DNA of 64,000 nt from Convolutriloba macropyga (taxonomy: Eukaryota): NCBI RefSeq assembly GCF_964194025.1, contig NC_134471.1, positions 16,306,001 through 16,370,000 of the forward strand. The letters run 5' to 3'. Below, piece after piece: positions 51,787 to 63,825 of this stretch. The notes beneath the pieces are model-generated. The model worked only from the letters and a program-made list of their open reading frames with translations. It did no database searches and was not told the origin of the DNA. The translations under genes were made by a program, and so were the position numbers. Position 1 is the stretch's first letter, and each line of letters begins with the position of its first letter.

Positions 51787-54700
51787 ATGGAGTTTCTCAA
51801 ACAGGCGTTCAAAATCTCCTTCAGTGAGGTTACAGTAACTCCCAGTCCCAAAGACATGCCCTTCTTTGACCCAAACTACGGCTTCTCAGAGCCCAGGCCA
51901 ACATTGCAGCCCACAATGACCGCTAAACAGATGCAAGATGCCGAAATTCCATCGCACAACAGAGATATTTGTGCTCTTGACTATTTCAGGTTATTAACGA
52001 AAATTTAGCTGGATTAAGCGAACACTTGAATTGTTGTATTTATTAGACTTTAATCTGAGTTTTTTTTTTACCATCGACACCTGTTAACAGCTAAGAACAC
52101 AGTACGGGATTTATATTGTTTAGAAGACGAACCACCTAACTAACCTTTTGGAATTGTAAGATCTGGGCACTATTGTTTTCCCATGATTGGCTGCCTATTC
52201 AGAATTCAGAATCTTACACCTACTTTGAGACAATAGAAGAATATCTGTTTCCTGGGCGTATTGCACATTGATTAGAAGAGGAGTATGCTGGTTCTGCTTT
52301 TCGTGGAGCTTAAACTTATTGTTTTCCACCCTTTTTTCCCAAAGTGTGTGAACTGTATGTATGTATGTAAGGCTTTGCAGACCAACCAAGTTGATACCAT
52401 GTTAAGGCTCTGTGAGACGAATTCAAACATCAAAAAAGTGTTCTCTATTTCAAAAAGTTACTGATACCTGCATTTTATCTAATCGGGCAATTTTACTACC
52501 ATTTCGCTCATTTTTTGGTTAATTTTCCAAATGCTGAGAATGAATTATTTTAATACGGTCAAAATCCCATTTCAAATCACATTTCCCGCAAAGTAGCACG
52601 CAGCTCTAAAGACATCTGAACTCGAAATTATAGGCAAAATTGCCTTTTATTAACAAAATAATAGTTTTTAATAGCCGCACAGCGACAGCTGGGACTATTA
52701 TTGGCCTTCTCTGGGTTTTTTTTATTTCGTCGGCGCAATTTTTGTTACGAGCATATGACGTCACAATCACTTCAAATCTGCTTTTTGTTCATTCGTTCAT
52801 GCAATTTCAACTGAAGTGCGTGTGTGACGTCATTTTTCGCTCTTAGTGGAGCGAGTTTTTTCATTCGCGTGATTAAATTTTTGGTCACACTTGACTTACC
52901 TCACTCTCAAAAATGACTTCCTCACTTTGAAATTGACTTTTATTTACTTTAATTCAAAGAAATAAGGTCAAATGGGTGTGTCACTCTAAATGAAGGTTAT
53001 TTGAGAGCAGCTGATAGAGGCAGCAAAAACTGAAACAGATTTTTAATCAAAATATAACATACCGACCTTCAATGAAAAGACGAAATTTTTTGTTCTGTCT
53101 TTTTTACTATTTTTTGAGACTGCAGATCTACAAAGCTATTGCGGCTATTTTCTGGCAATCTGCCAGCTATGTTCGAATTTTAACTGCATCTAAAATATTT
53201 TAAATTACTTATGAAATAATTTTTTCTGGCAAAATTACATGGCTGAATAGTGTTACTCAAAATTGATTAATAATGATAATGCAGACTTTAGAAATAATTG
53301 TTGTGATAAACTTATTAAATAGCCTAATTGTTGTGATAAACTTATTAAATAGTCTCCACGTGCACCCCGGAGGCTATTTAATTCTGTTTTAGCTCTTGAT
53401 TGTAATTATTTACTGTTGTATCAAAGGCCAGACTTTGTTTGGGTAGCCCCAGTTATCGGGGATTTCAGATTCCGGCGGAAGAAACTTGTATGCTTCATAT
53501 TCGACTATTGCAAACGGTGTAGTATTTAACGAATAATGAAGGCCTGACTTCCGAGATCGAACTTTGGCGCAAGGATTCTTCGCAATTGTTCGAGTCTTGG
53601 TTACATTAGGTTATTTTCTCAGTCAACATTTGGCGCGAGGGTTCTCCGCATTTGTTCGACTGATTTATTTGTCTTATAGTTATTTATTTAGATCAAGGAT
53701 TTAGATTATTCGTTTAATTAGGACTTAATCAGCGCTTGCTGCAGTCTTCGGACTGTATTGGTTGGTCCCAAACAATGACGGCTTTGTCCCGCCGCCTCCC
53801 TTATCCTATCCGCCATGCACTGTGTGCATGGGTTTATGTACAGAACATGAACGCGTTATAAATATGTTAATGGATCGTGCCTTGGAATTGCTCAGACAAC
53901 CAGCCCATGATGTTGTCAGCCCATGATCGAATATCTGCTCTTGAAGTTAAATTAGAGAAAGTAGACTCGCTGATTTCTGAAATTCAACCACTGAAGCTGG
54001 AGATAAATTCTCTGAAGAAACTGGGTTACCCGTATCTTAGAGCCGCTTTCAGAAATCGGATTGACAGTACTGCTAGTGATCGTAATTCAAAGAAATGAAA
54101 TGCTGAAGGCAATGAAAATGTGCTTGCCAGCAAAGAGTTTCAAGACAGAAAACCAAAAATTTTCAGGACGGGCAGAAATTTTAATCGTCAGATGGAAATC
54201 AGTGCAATTAAAAGACCACCGAAAAGACGGCATCTCGATTGGTCGTTTAAGCAACTCTGTCTCTACGAATGATATAAGAGAATTTTGCTAGAACAAGGGA
54301 GCAAACTATCTATCTACTGTGTATCCATGAAGTATCTGGGGAAGATTCTCGTCTGAAATCATTCCACTGTGTATTCAAATTCGATAATGATCAAGTTGAA
54401 TCTCGATTTCTGGCACGAAAATGTTCCATTTTCTCGATTATATTTAAATGAAAAAGCGATGCAATGACTGGCCTCCTTTGATACATGACTATCAAAATTC
54501 AAAACTGTCAATGACGTGTAAAAGTATGTTTACATAACGCAAGATAGGTTCGCAACAAGACCTCGGCAAATAAATCTTATTGAAGGTAATGATTTTAACC
54601 TCATAATTTTAACAGAAACGTGGATCAAAGATAACACAACTGATGAGTTTTATCTCAAGCAGTGTTGCCCAAATGGCTATTTTTACTTAGGTGCAAACAG

Positions 54701-57266
54701 AAAAAATTGGCGGAGGATTAGCGGTGTTCTGTGATGGAAATTTGCGTGTCGATAATTTTTCAAACAAGTGTTTTAAAAACGTGGAGGTGACTTTTCTTGA
54801 ATTTACGCTGGGAAAGTCAGTGTATCTTTTGGTTTGTATATACTGTCGACCAAATACTAATCTGCGTTTCTTTAAGTGAATTAACATTGTTTATTGAGGA
54901 GAAAGTGCTGTTAAAAATTTTTTTTATTGTAGGGGATATCAATATTTCTATGCTGATATCAAATGATGCGTCAAGAATTTGGATTTCTTTTTTGGATGAA
55001 TTTGGTTTGCAACAGCAAGTTATCGTGCCTACTCACAAAAATGAATGAAATTTAGACCAGGTTTTTACATCCGAGAAGGTTGAAGTATCAGAACTTCTCG
55101 TAAGTTTCGTTACAAGCTATGATCATGGAATTGTGCACTTTGACCTTCTGCAAGAGCACGAGAATTTAGCTGTAAAGAAGGCCTCGTGCAGAAAATGACA
55201 AAATTTTGACATGGTAGCCTTTGCAGAAAGAATTGTTGCTCCGATCGACAGAGATAATCCTGAAAATGTTTGGAACAGTGTTTTAATGAACGAAATCAGC
55301 TATGTCGATAAGAACCATCCTCTGAAAACTAGATATGTGAGAAATCATACGTGCCCTTTCTTTCACGATGAGCTCAGAACGATGAAAAGATCGAGAAGAA
55401 AGTTTGAGAAAGCTTTCCGAAAGAATGGTACCTCCCAAGCCAAAAGCCGGTTTCTTAATGCAGTTTTGGAGTATTTTGAGCTGTTTACCAAAAAGAAAAT
55501 TGAATACCTCGAAAAATGTGTCGGTAGGGAAAATAAGCGTGTTAGGTATTCTATGCTGCATCATCTCTTAGGAAAAATAATGTTTCCTGCCGCAGTCACT
55601 AGGGGAGCATGAATGTCTAGCAAATAAGTTTAATGTTTTCTTTGTTAAGAAAATAGAAGCCGTATTAGTTTCACTACCTCCAACAAACGGTCCAGAATTG
55701 ATTGATTCAAATACAACAATAACCCTGGAGTTTTTAAGTTTTCACACTGAGCAAATTGCAATTACTTCTACCAAAAATTTCGAACAGTACGGCAACGAGT
55801 GATGTAATATCAACAAGTTATCAACATGTAAAAGTGTTTTGACAAATTCTCTGAGCTACTTCATTGCGTTAATTAATTCAACTCTCCAGACAGGATAATT
55901 CCCAAATCAGTTCAAACAAGGAGTCGTGAGGCCGCTCATAAAGAAGTCTAACCTCGATCCTGAGTTGTTGTGTTATCGCCCTGTGACAAATCTAAGATTC
56001 CTGTCAAATATTATTGAAAGAGTTGTTTTTGAGCAAATTAATTTCTATCTTATGAGCAAGTATCGGAGTGCTTTTCGTTGCCTGCATTCAGCAGAAACGG
56101 CTTTGCTTAAAGTCTTTAATGATCTTTTTTGCTATCGAGACGAGTCGCACTCCGTGATGTATATTGGGTTAGACTTGTCAGCAGCGTCGGATATTATTGA
56201 TCATCAGTTTTTATTTAAGATATTAGCGAAAAGGATTGGTTTGCAATCGGTGGTGTTATTGTTTATTAAGAATTGTCTTTCGCATCGTTCGCAACAAGTT
56301 ATCATGAATGGATGTCTCTCTGGTGATGTTAAAGTTAAGACGGGTGTGCCACAAGGGTCGGTTCTTCGTCCTTTACTTTTTTCCTGTTACATGCTGCCTT
56401 TAGCAGATAAGCTGAAAGAACTGGGAATAAAGTATCTTTTTTACGCTGATGATACCGTTCTTTGTTTTATATTCGGTTCGGCCCTCAGTCAATGCACGTT
56501 AGAGATATTTTGACCTGGATTGAACGTTGGTTCAGCATTGCAAAATTGAAATTGAATGCGAATAAGAGTATATGATTATACGGAAATGCAAAACTGTTAA
56601 ACATGGTCTTTTACGTCTGCCGGAAGATGGTGAGTACACTGAACAGGTAAAAGTTCTAGGTTGTTATTTTGATTATCAACTTACTCTGCAACGACAGGTC
56701 AACTTCGTTTGTTCGAATTCATTTTATTATCTCCGTAAAGTGTGGTCAATTCGTGATCAAGTTAAAACATTGAGTTAATTAGAGTTTTAGTGTTATCACG
56801 TGTTGACCACTGTAATTCTCTTTATTATGGTCTAACAAACTTTTTATTAGCAAAACTTCAGCGAATAATGAACTCTGCAGCGCGTTTGATTTTTCGATTG
56901 TCACCTTCAAACCATCCTCTTCGTACCTGAAGCAGCTACCCTGGTTGCCAATTAGGCAACGCCTTGTGTTCAAAATTCTATTGTATGCGCATCGCTTTGT
57001 ACATCAGCCTGGCAAACTCCCATTATATTTATCGGAACTAATGAAACAAAACACGATGGTTACAAGGTCTCGATATTTTTACAATTTACCTGTTCCCAAA
57101 TTTCTCTTATTTTGGAAGACGTTCGTTCTCGCATGCTGTCGCTGTTGAGTGGAATAAACTCTCCTTTGATTTGAGACTTACAACCTCTGAACTTTTATTC
57201 AGGCGAAAACTCAAAATTTATCTTTAATTTTCCTGTAATGTTGAGATTTTAAATGGTGCTTAAACC

Positions 57267-57334
<68 letters not shown>

Positions 57335-59407
57335 GAAATAAGAACTCCAGGGTTTTTAATCCCAAAAAAAATTCAGTTCACAGTTTGTGTAATTTTAAAT
57401 TTATTTGTTACAGTGCAGGTCCCAAGTACCCATCCAGAACTGATACGCCACGTGCATGGTACCAATTCATTTTTGTGAAGTTCCAAGAAATTTGCACCAT
57501 CTTTCTGCTAGTTGTATAGGGCAACAAAATTTTTTCTGATTCTCTAGTGCTGCCAGTAGCAAGTGACACAAAGCACTTCCAATCGATGTCAACTTGTCCG
57601 GAGAGCATGGAGGAAACCAATAACAAACAGTGCAGCTCGAAGTACAACGAAAACGGCAATAGCTTCAACTTGAAAAGTCGTTCTTTAGTTGTAAGAGCCA
57701 ATGATCCAGAAAGTTGACCATCTTTGAACCGATTCCATCATTTTTGTGTCGGCACTGTTGAGACAAACAACTTCATTTGTATCAGAAAGAATTGGCATCA
57801 CCTAGCCGCAATAAAAGTCAAGCTTTATGGAAACTGATTTATTAGCTGATAGGTTTCTTTTGACTTGAAAAAAAGGCTGCTCTTGCTTTTCTGCACCTGA
57901 CTTCGACATGATCTTTTCAACTTAGTGATTCAGTGATAATGACACAGAGGTCTTTAGATTAGTTGAGGGTGTAAGGATTTTTACGAAAGCAAAGTTCAGT
58001 AACTTTCGGAATTTAGTGCCATGAATTTTGTTTTGCACCACGTTTTCAGAATTTTAGCATCCCTCTGCATATCGCTGATGTCCAAACAAGCGTTAAATCG
58101 TCGGCGTACGCATAGATGAGTGATTTAGTTTGTAGTAGAAGATCATTGATGAATGCGATGAAAAACAACATGCAGAGCCGAGGGGCACCGCTATTGACTG
58201 AAAATTTTTGACCGGACGATGCATTGCTACATCACGCGTTGGGAGCGTTCAGACAAGTAACTGCTAATCAGTTGCAGCAGAAGTCCCTAGTTTCCATACT
58301 ACTGAAGCTTTTGTAAGAAGAATTTGATGATTAACTCTATCGAACGCTTTTGGAGAAGTCAAGATACAGAACACTAAGTGTTTCGTCGTCTCCAGAGGAC
58401 AAGTTCAACAAAGATGACACGAAGTAGGTCACTTGAGCAACCTCTGAGCGTTTCGGAGTGAACCCGAACTGTACGTCCAGTAAATGTTGTCAGATCTGCC
58501 CTTCGATGCAGTCATAAATCAGCTTCTCGAAAACTTTTGCAACAGCAAAGAGGAGGCTGATTGGTCGGTGATTTTCAACGCAGATTTTACTGTCAGTCTA
58601 GTCTTGTGAACCGGGGCACTGTCAGCATACTTCCGTTTGGCTGGAAACACTCGCTTGAGACAGGTCTTAAAGATTAGGCATAAAGGTTTTCTTACTGCTC
58701 TGCTCAAGTTCTTCAAAATGGAATGGGACATACCATCATGCCCGGTGTTTTTATTTGATTTCAATTTTTCTAAGACTGAATGAATGCCTTCTGTCACAAT
58801 CAACTTTCTCAAACAGTCGGTGTGAGTGCATTCAACTGTTAAAGACTCGCTGTTACGGTTTTCTTTTTCGGAAAACACGCTTTGAAAAAAGCCGTTGAAC
58901 ATTTCAGCCATCTCTGTTAGTGTCTGCCACTGTATAGACTTGAAGGCTGATAAACTTGAATTTCGCTGTGCAGAGTTTTTGTTATTATCCCAGTTTTGAC
59001 TCTACGTTGTTCGCGCTTTTGATTTTCTAAAATGGTTCATTCATAGCTTTTACTTGGTATCTTTGATTTGTCTAAACTATTTTGAATGTCTCTAATCGAC
59101 CGTTTCTAAACTAGTGTGACTTGATAGGTTTTGATAAAAATTGGAGTGTTTAAATGCACGCGTACTAGATACAAGATAACTAGTTTGATGTAATTTCAGG
59201 TGGAGAAAGTGTTGCATAGCTCAGCCCAGAAGTTTCTTTATCGAGGAATGCAACGTAGAACGAACTGTTTTCGACAGATGTAAATTGGCTCAGGAAGTGA
59301 ATGCCGTCAAAGAATACGAAAGGGAACGGCGCTTACTGAAAAGACGGGAACGAATTTTGAACAAATTGGCAAAAGAGGCGAAGAAAAATGCCGAATCTTC
59401 AGATTAA
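51787..59407 (+). CDS. NDUFB7: NADH dehydrogenase 1 beta subcomplex subunit 7; exons 51787-51989 and 59200-59407
   Basis: MPFFDPNYGF...QMQDAEIPSHNRDICA...R|WRKC...EEC...RC...VKEYERERRLLKR; phase-2 GT-AG intron of 7.2 kb. Confidence 0.9.
52669..53171 (+). mobile_element. HINE in the NDUFB7 intron
   Basis: TT|AATAGCCGC...GCGGCTATT-TT-CTGGCAATCTGCCAG-CTATG|TT. Confidence 0.82.
53295..57333 (+). mobile_element. Full-length decayed L2/Crack-like LINE with (ATA)n tail and 8-bp TSD
   Basis: ORF1 remnant, APE (LTETWIK, GGGLAV, VGDINI), RT ([25 protein letters not shown]). TSD AGAAATAA at 53290-53297 and 57334-57341. Confidence 0.9.
57267..57333 (+). repeat. (ATA)n microsatellite, LINE tail
   Basis: Direct reading. 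Confidence 0.95.
57342..58940 (-). mobile_element. 5'-truncated decayed CR1-group LINE; its 3' tail probably lies at ~53265-53289, split off by the L2 insertion
   Basis: AEMFNGFFQSVF, KNTGHDG, YLDFSK, YADD, LKLLPFSLYFELH. Confidence 0.75.
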
Positions 59408-60170
59408 CTCTGAAATTAGAAACTTGATAAACGTTGTCTTAAAATATAACCGATTTTAACAAATAAATTGGATAAATATATATTTTAGTAACAAATATTT
59501 GATGTTTTTTAAATGCGCTCTTGGAGTGCTAGTAATTTTTTTAACGACTATTTTACGAGTATACCAGTTTTACCACTTCAAAGGAATTGGAATGACACAT
59601 TTTTTTTAAAAAACGGGAGTTACCGTATTGGTGTACAATATACAAGCAAGACCCCACCCCCCGCCTTACGCACACACACTAGCTGATAAACTCCTTAAAT
59701 TTAAACCTAAATTTCTGTTTGGGGTTATCCGAGCTCGGAAATTCGCTTTAATTTAAAATTTGATGTCAAAAATTGCAACTTTGACATAGATTTAACAACT
59801 TTGACAAAGATTTAATTATTTTCAGATTTTGATGGCGAATTTGTTTTATGGTAACTATAAACATGCTGTGTTTTAAAATTGAAGATCACCATTTCGGAGC
59901 TAGGAATTTGAAAACTAATTTGGGCAACTTCAGTTGTGCTCTTTTTCATGGAGACTTAAGCTACCTTTTTCTAAAATTTAACCTTACGAGGAGTTGCGGC
60001 GACCGATTTCAAAATGCAACCAAAAATACATAGTAATAAATTAGGTTAAGACCTGTCAAAAATTAGCGACATATTTTTGACAGGTCGTCCTGGAGTTATG
60101 TTTTATATTGTAACCTAATCTCTCTCTAAACAGACGAAAGAACTCTCAATTGGAAGTAACAAGTGTATAG

Positions 60171-60716
60171 TTAGGAACATGAGAAAAGTTTGTAATTGAA
60201 TAACACAAAATCAAACCAATATGAATATATTTGTGATAACTTTGCTTTCTTTCCCAAAAATGGCGAAAAATTCCTTGAAGCATTTTCCACACTGCTGAGT
60301 TCTCCTATATTTTTCCATCTGTTGTAAAGATCGTTTATTCTCGTTGGCAAAATTTTTGACCGAAAAAAGTTATCAAGTTCGTTTGGTGTATCAACTTTCA
60401 ATATTGCATCAAATGTTGTCAAGCAAGAACAATTGTACCGGATTTCGCCATTTTGCAATGCACGCTTTGATCTGCCCGGTGACTTCACATTTGTGTTTTT
60501 GCTTAACTTCGCAGTTAAATTTGAACTTTCTTCTACTTTGGTATAAATAGCCGTTTCATTGTTTTTGCTTAGCTCTGAGGGTGTAGATAAGCGAAAGAGA
60601 GGATGTTGAACTGCTAGAACTTTCTTTGCATCTGCCGCTATGTATTTGGTAAAATCGAATTTTGTCCTACCCCATCGATGTTGGATGTCTTCTACTAAAA
60701 CATGGTAATTTATCAT
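60171..60716 (-). CDS. Probable terminal exon of a divergent carbohydrate sulfotransferase-like (Sulfotransfer_2) gene; a further candidate exon at ~62817-62651
   Basis: Ends KLSQIYSYWFDFVLFNY, resembling the CHST C-terminal LY..Y..DF.LFNY motif. Upstream candidate exon MYYFPRSKILLCST is flanked by AG and GTAAGT. Confidence 0.4.
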   Translation of the reverse strand: MINYHVLVEDIQHRWGRTKFDFTKYIAADAKKVLAVQHPLFRLSTPSELSKNNETAIYTKVEESSNLTAKLSKNTNVKSPGRSKRALQNGEIRYNCSCLTTFDAILKVDTPNELDNFFRSKILPTRINDLYNRWKNIGELSSVENASRNFSPFLGKKAKLSQIYSYWFDFVLFNYKLFSCS

Positions 60717-61393
60717 ACTAATTTATCAACAAAAATGGCCCCAACACTTTGAGGAAATTTTCGGTGCAACAGTTTTTGACAATGTGAAACCAAAAGATGC
60801 AATTCACTGTCACTTTATGATTAAACATATCAGCTGTCTCCAAATCTCTATAAAAGCTCAAATTTTCTTAAAAGTCATTCTGCCATTTGAAATTGTAATT
60901 ATCGTTTATTCATTTTGTTTCATCACCAAAAAAGTTTAAGAATGACATTTTATTGTAGATGCAATTGAACTAAACAGCGGAATTTAATTCGATGACATAG
61001 CCCCCGTAACAACACACAAAAAGTTTCAGGTTATTTTAAAATTGCTATGTGAGCAATAAATTTAAAAGCTTTTTTCAAGCCAGAGGGGAAATTTGAAAAA
61101 TAAGGGAAATGTTTTTACTTAATTAAAGTAACTACAATAGAAGTGGTGATCTTAGATACATTAAAAAAAACTATATTACGAACATTTTCGATCTCTAATT
61201 GGATAATTTCACTATTCAATCAATTGTTAGTCTTTAACAAGCAAATTTTTTCGATAGTTTTATCGCTAAAACTTGAATTTAGTTGAGCTCCATTAAACCG
61301 CGAGTTTTTCTGACCGTTGTGGTTAGACAAGCGTCTTCATAGAACTCAAATCTAACGACTGGTTCGAGCGCGTTAGGGCGGTGGTGTTCTTTT

Positions 61394-61700
61394 GACTGAC
61401 TAACAATCGCCAAGAAACAATTTTTCCAAAGTGTACTGTAGCAAAAGTACTGTAACTTTTACTTATTCAAGTTAAAACTATCCTTGGCGGTGAAAAAATG
61501 TTTAAAAAACTCATTATTTTTGTAAGGCTGTTGTTAATAAAGGTACTATTACAGCAACAGTAACTTCATTAACTACGGCCTTACTAAATTTATGAATTTT
61601 TCAAGTTTTTACCGGCAAGGGAAGTCTTAACTCGAATAAGTAAAAGTTACAGTCCTTTCAACACTTTTGCTAATTGTTTGTCAGCGATTTTTAGTCAGTC
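61394..61700. mobile_element. MITE with long imperfect TIRs
   Basis: ACTGTAACTTTTACTTATTC / GAATAAGTAAAAGTTACAGT and GACTGACTAA / TTAGTCAGTC. Confidence 0.7.
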
Positions 61701-63439
61701 GCCATAATATTTTAGGCTGTAGATTTGGGTTCTGCGAAGACTTGGATAACCGTAACAAGGAGAAAAAGGGTCAAGCTGGAGCTCTGATAAACGATGCGGA
61801 AGCAACGGACAATGCACAGTTAAACGCGACCAAAGTTATGATAAAACGTAAATCCATTACCAATATCTAAAATTCGTAGTTAATTCTGTATGTCAATCTA
61901 TGAATAGTGGATAAATGCAAATTTTGTTCCGACAACACTGAAATTTTTTTTGGTTTGTTAGCTGACTGTGAATTAGTTTTACTTAGTTGGTAATCATGAG
62001 AGTCTCATTTTTCGAGAAAATAGTAATAGTTACCCTAATTGGTCGCTTTACCTTTTACTTTAGTTATAATCCAACGGCTTCATTTGTTTCCAGCAACAGG
62101 TTTTGTATATAATTTGTTGTCTTTTCGGTTTTTTCATACTTGTTCACGCCATGACGATTTCACTGGATAGAACTCTGGATAGTCTTATTTGAGCGTTTTT
62201 TGTTCGCAAAGAATTCAATTATCAATTTTTTTAGTCAAAATCCTACTGACCAGCCAAGCTCATAGCCAGCCAAGCTATTTCCAAATTCTATTTTTTTAAT
62301 TTATCCCTTTGCAAAACGAACTGATGCTAGCATAGTATCGCGAATTCAGTGAGAAATAAAATCAATCATCCGTTTTCTCTTGGTGTTATTGTTTTATCGC
62401 AAAACTGTTATTGGTTATCACACGAGAAATGGTTATATTAAAAAATGAGACAAAAACTAGGACAAGATTCTCCTGAGCTTGGCCCTTTGTCGTCTAGGTG
62501 CGTCTAATCATGTACAGTTTTGAGCGAGGGCCTTAACTGGGGATGTAAATCCACAGAATTCGCAACTGTGACACAAAAATCGTGTTCAACTACCACATCA
62601 AAAGGTTACTATAAACCATTTTCAAAGGAACATAGTTTTTAACATATACTTACATGAAGGCGGTGCTGTGTTTACATGCCTCAATTTGCTGCGCTCAATG
62701 AAATCAAAGACGTGAAGCCATATCGATAAAATATGGTCATTGGCAGTAGAGCACAGCAGAATTTTGCTCCTGGGAAAGTAGTACATTTTGTCTACTATTG
62801 GTCCACCAGAACTGTTTCTGTGAAATAAAAATGAGAATTTGCAGATGTGTAATTTTTGTATCTGATAATACAGCAGTTTTACAAGCAAAACTGGCCATAA
62901 TCACTGAATACACTCTAAATAAAGTTTAGGTAAGTTTGCTAGAAATCTGTTCAGGTATTTGGCGGTCCAGGTGAACTTCAAGTGTACAGATACCTGAAAA
63001 GCACTTACACTGTAGTTTGTATTTTTTAAATTGAATCGATTCAAGTGTGGTTTCCTGAAAAAAGTTATACTGAAGTCAAACAAAACTCTGCTGCTATTAA
63101 AACCCAGTTAAAACAATCCAAAATTAATGTTGCCTTTCCATAGCGCATCAACGGTTAATATCATGAAACCAGAAATGACTATGCAATTAAAGTAGATCCT
63201 TACCAATTTTATGCAAAAATTGCTGTACAATGAAAGAAATTTGCCTGAACGATTCAAGTAAATTCAGGTGTCTTTTGAGACAATTTTATCAACTTTTTAA
63301 AGAGTTTATAACGTCAACAATCCCAAAATAACTATGACTGTTACGTAAAATGTCCAATAAAGCTCGCTATTACTGTCAACTGTCCACTAATACTGGATAT
63401 TAAGTGAAGTTTCCAATAGTGGTTGACGTACCCAGGTTG

Positions 63440-63825
63440 AGGTGTGCGCTCGAAATCGCCCCGGTCTAGACCATTTCGAGCGCACACTTGACCTTTGTGC
63501 GCTCGAAACTACAGGGTCTGGAAGGTGGAATGAGCGCACTTGAGTCTGATCATAGGCGGAATCGAGCGCACTTCGAGCGCATACAGACTGTCGAGCGCGC
63601 TTGAGTCTGATCCTAAACGGCTTCAAGCGCTCTTAAGTCTGATGATAAACGACTTTGAGAGCAACTGAGTCTGGACCAAGAATGCTTCGAGCGCAACTGA
63701 GTTTGGAACAGGAATGCTTCGAGCGCAACTGAGTCTGGTCCAGGAATGCTTCGAGCGGAACTGAGTGTGGACCTGGAATACTGCGAGCGCCACTGGGTCT
63801 GGAGCAGGAATGCTTCGAGCGCAGG
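63440..63825. repeat. 32-bp minisatellite (CGAGCGCAACTGAGTCTGGNNCAGGAATGCTT), degenerating leftwards
   Basis: GAGCG at 63689, 63721, 63753, 63785, 63817. Confidence 0.8.

Noticed and set aside
49701-53352. The 33-bp inverted pair read as TIRs of a DNA transposon that captured DNAJC9 and NDUFB7 exon 1
   Set aside because: No TSD outside the pair (TCGAT vs TCTCC). The right copy lies inside the L2 TSD and inside the NDUFB7 intron. The inversion simply reflects two divergent LINE 5' ends.
57253-57519. Poly-Ile ORF
   Set aside because: It is the (ATA)n LINE tail.
59622-59660. TA-CCGTA start of a Tc1/pogo-like element
   Set aside because: No matching opposite TIR found.
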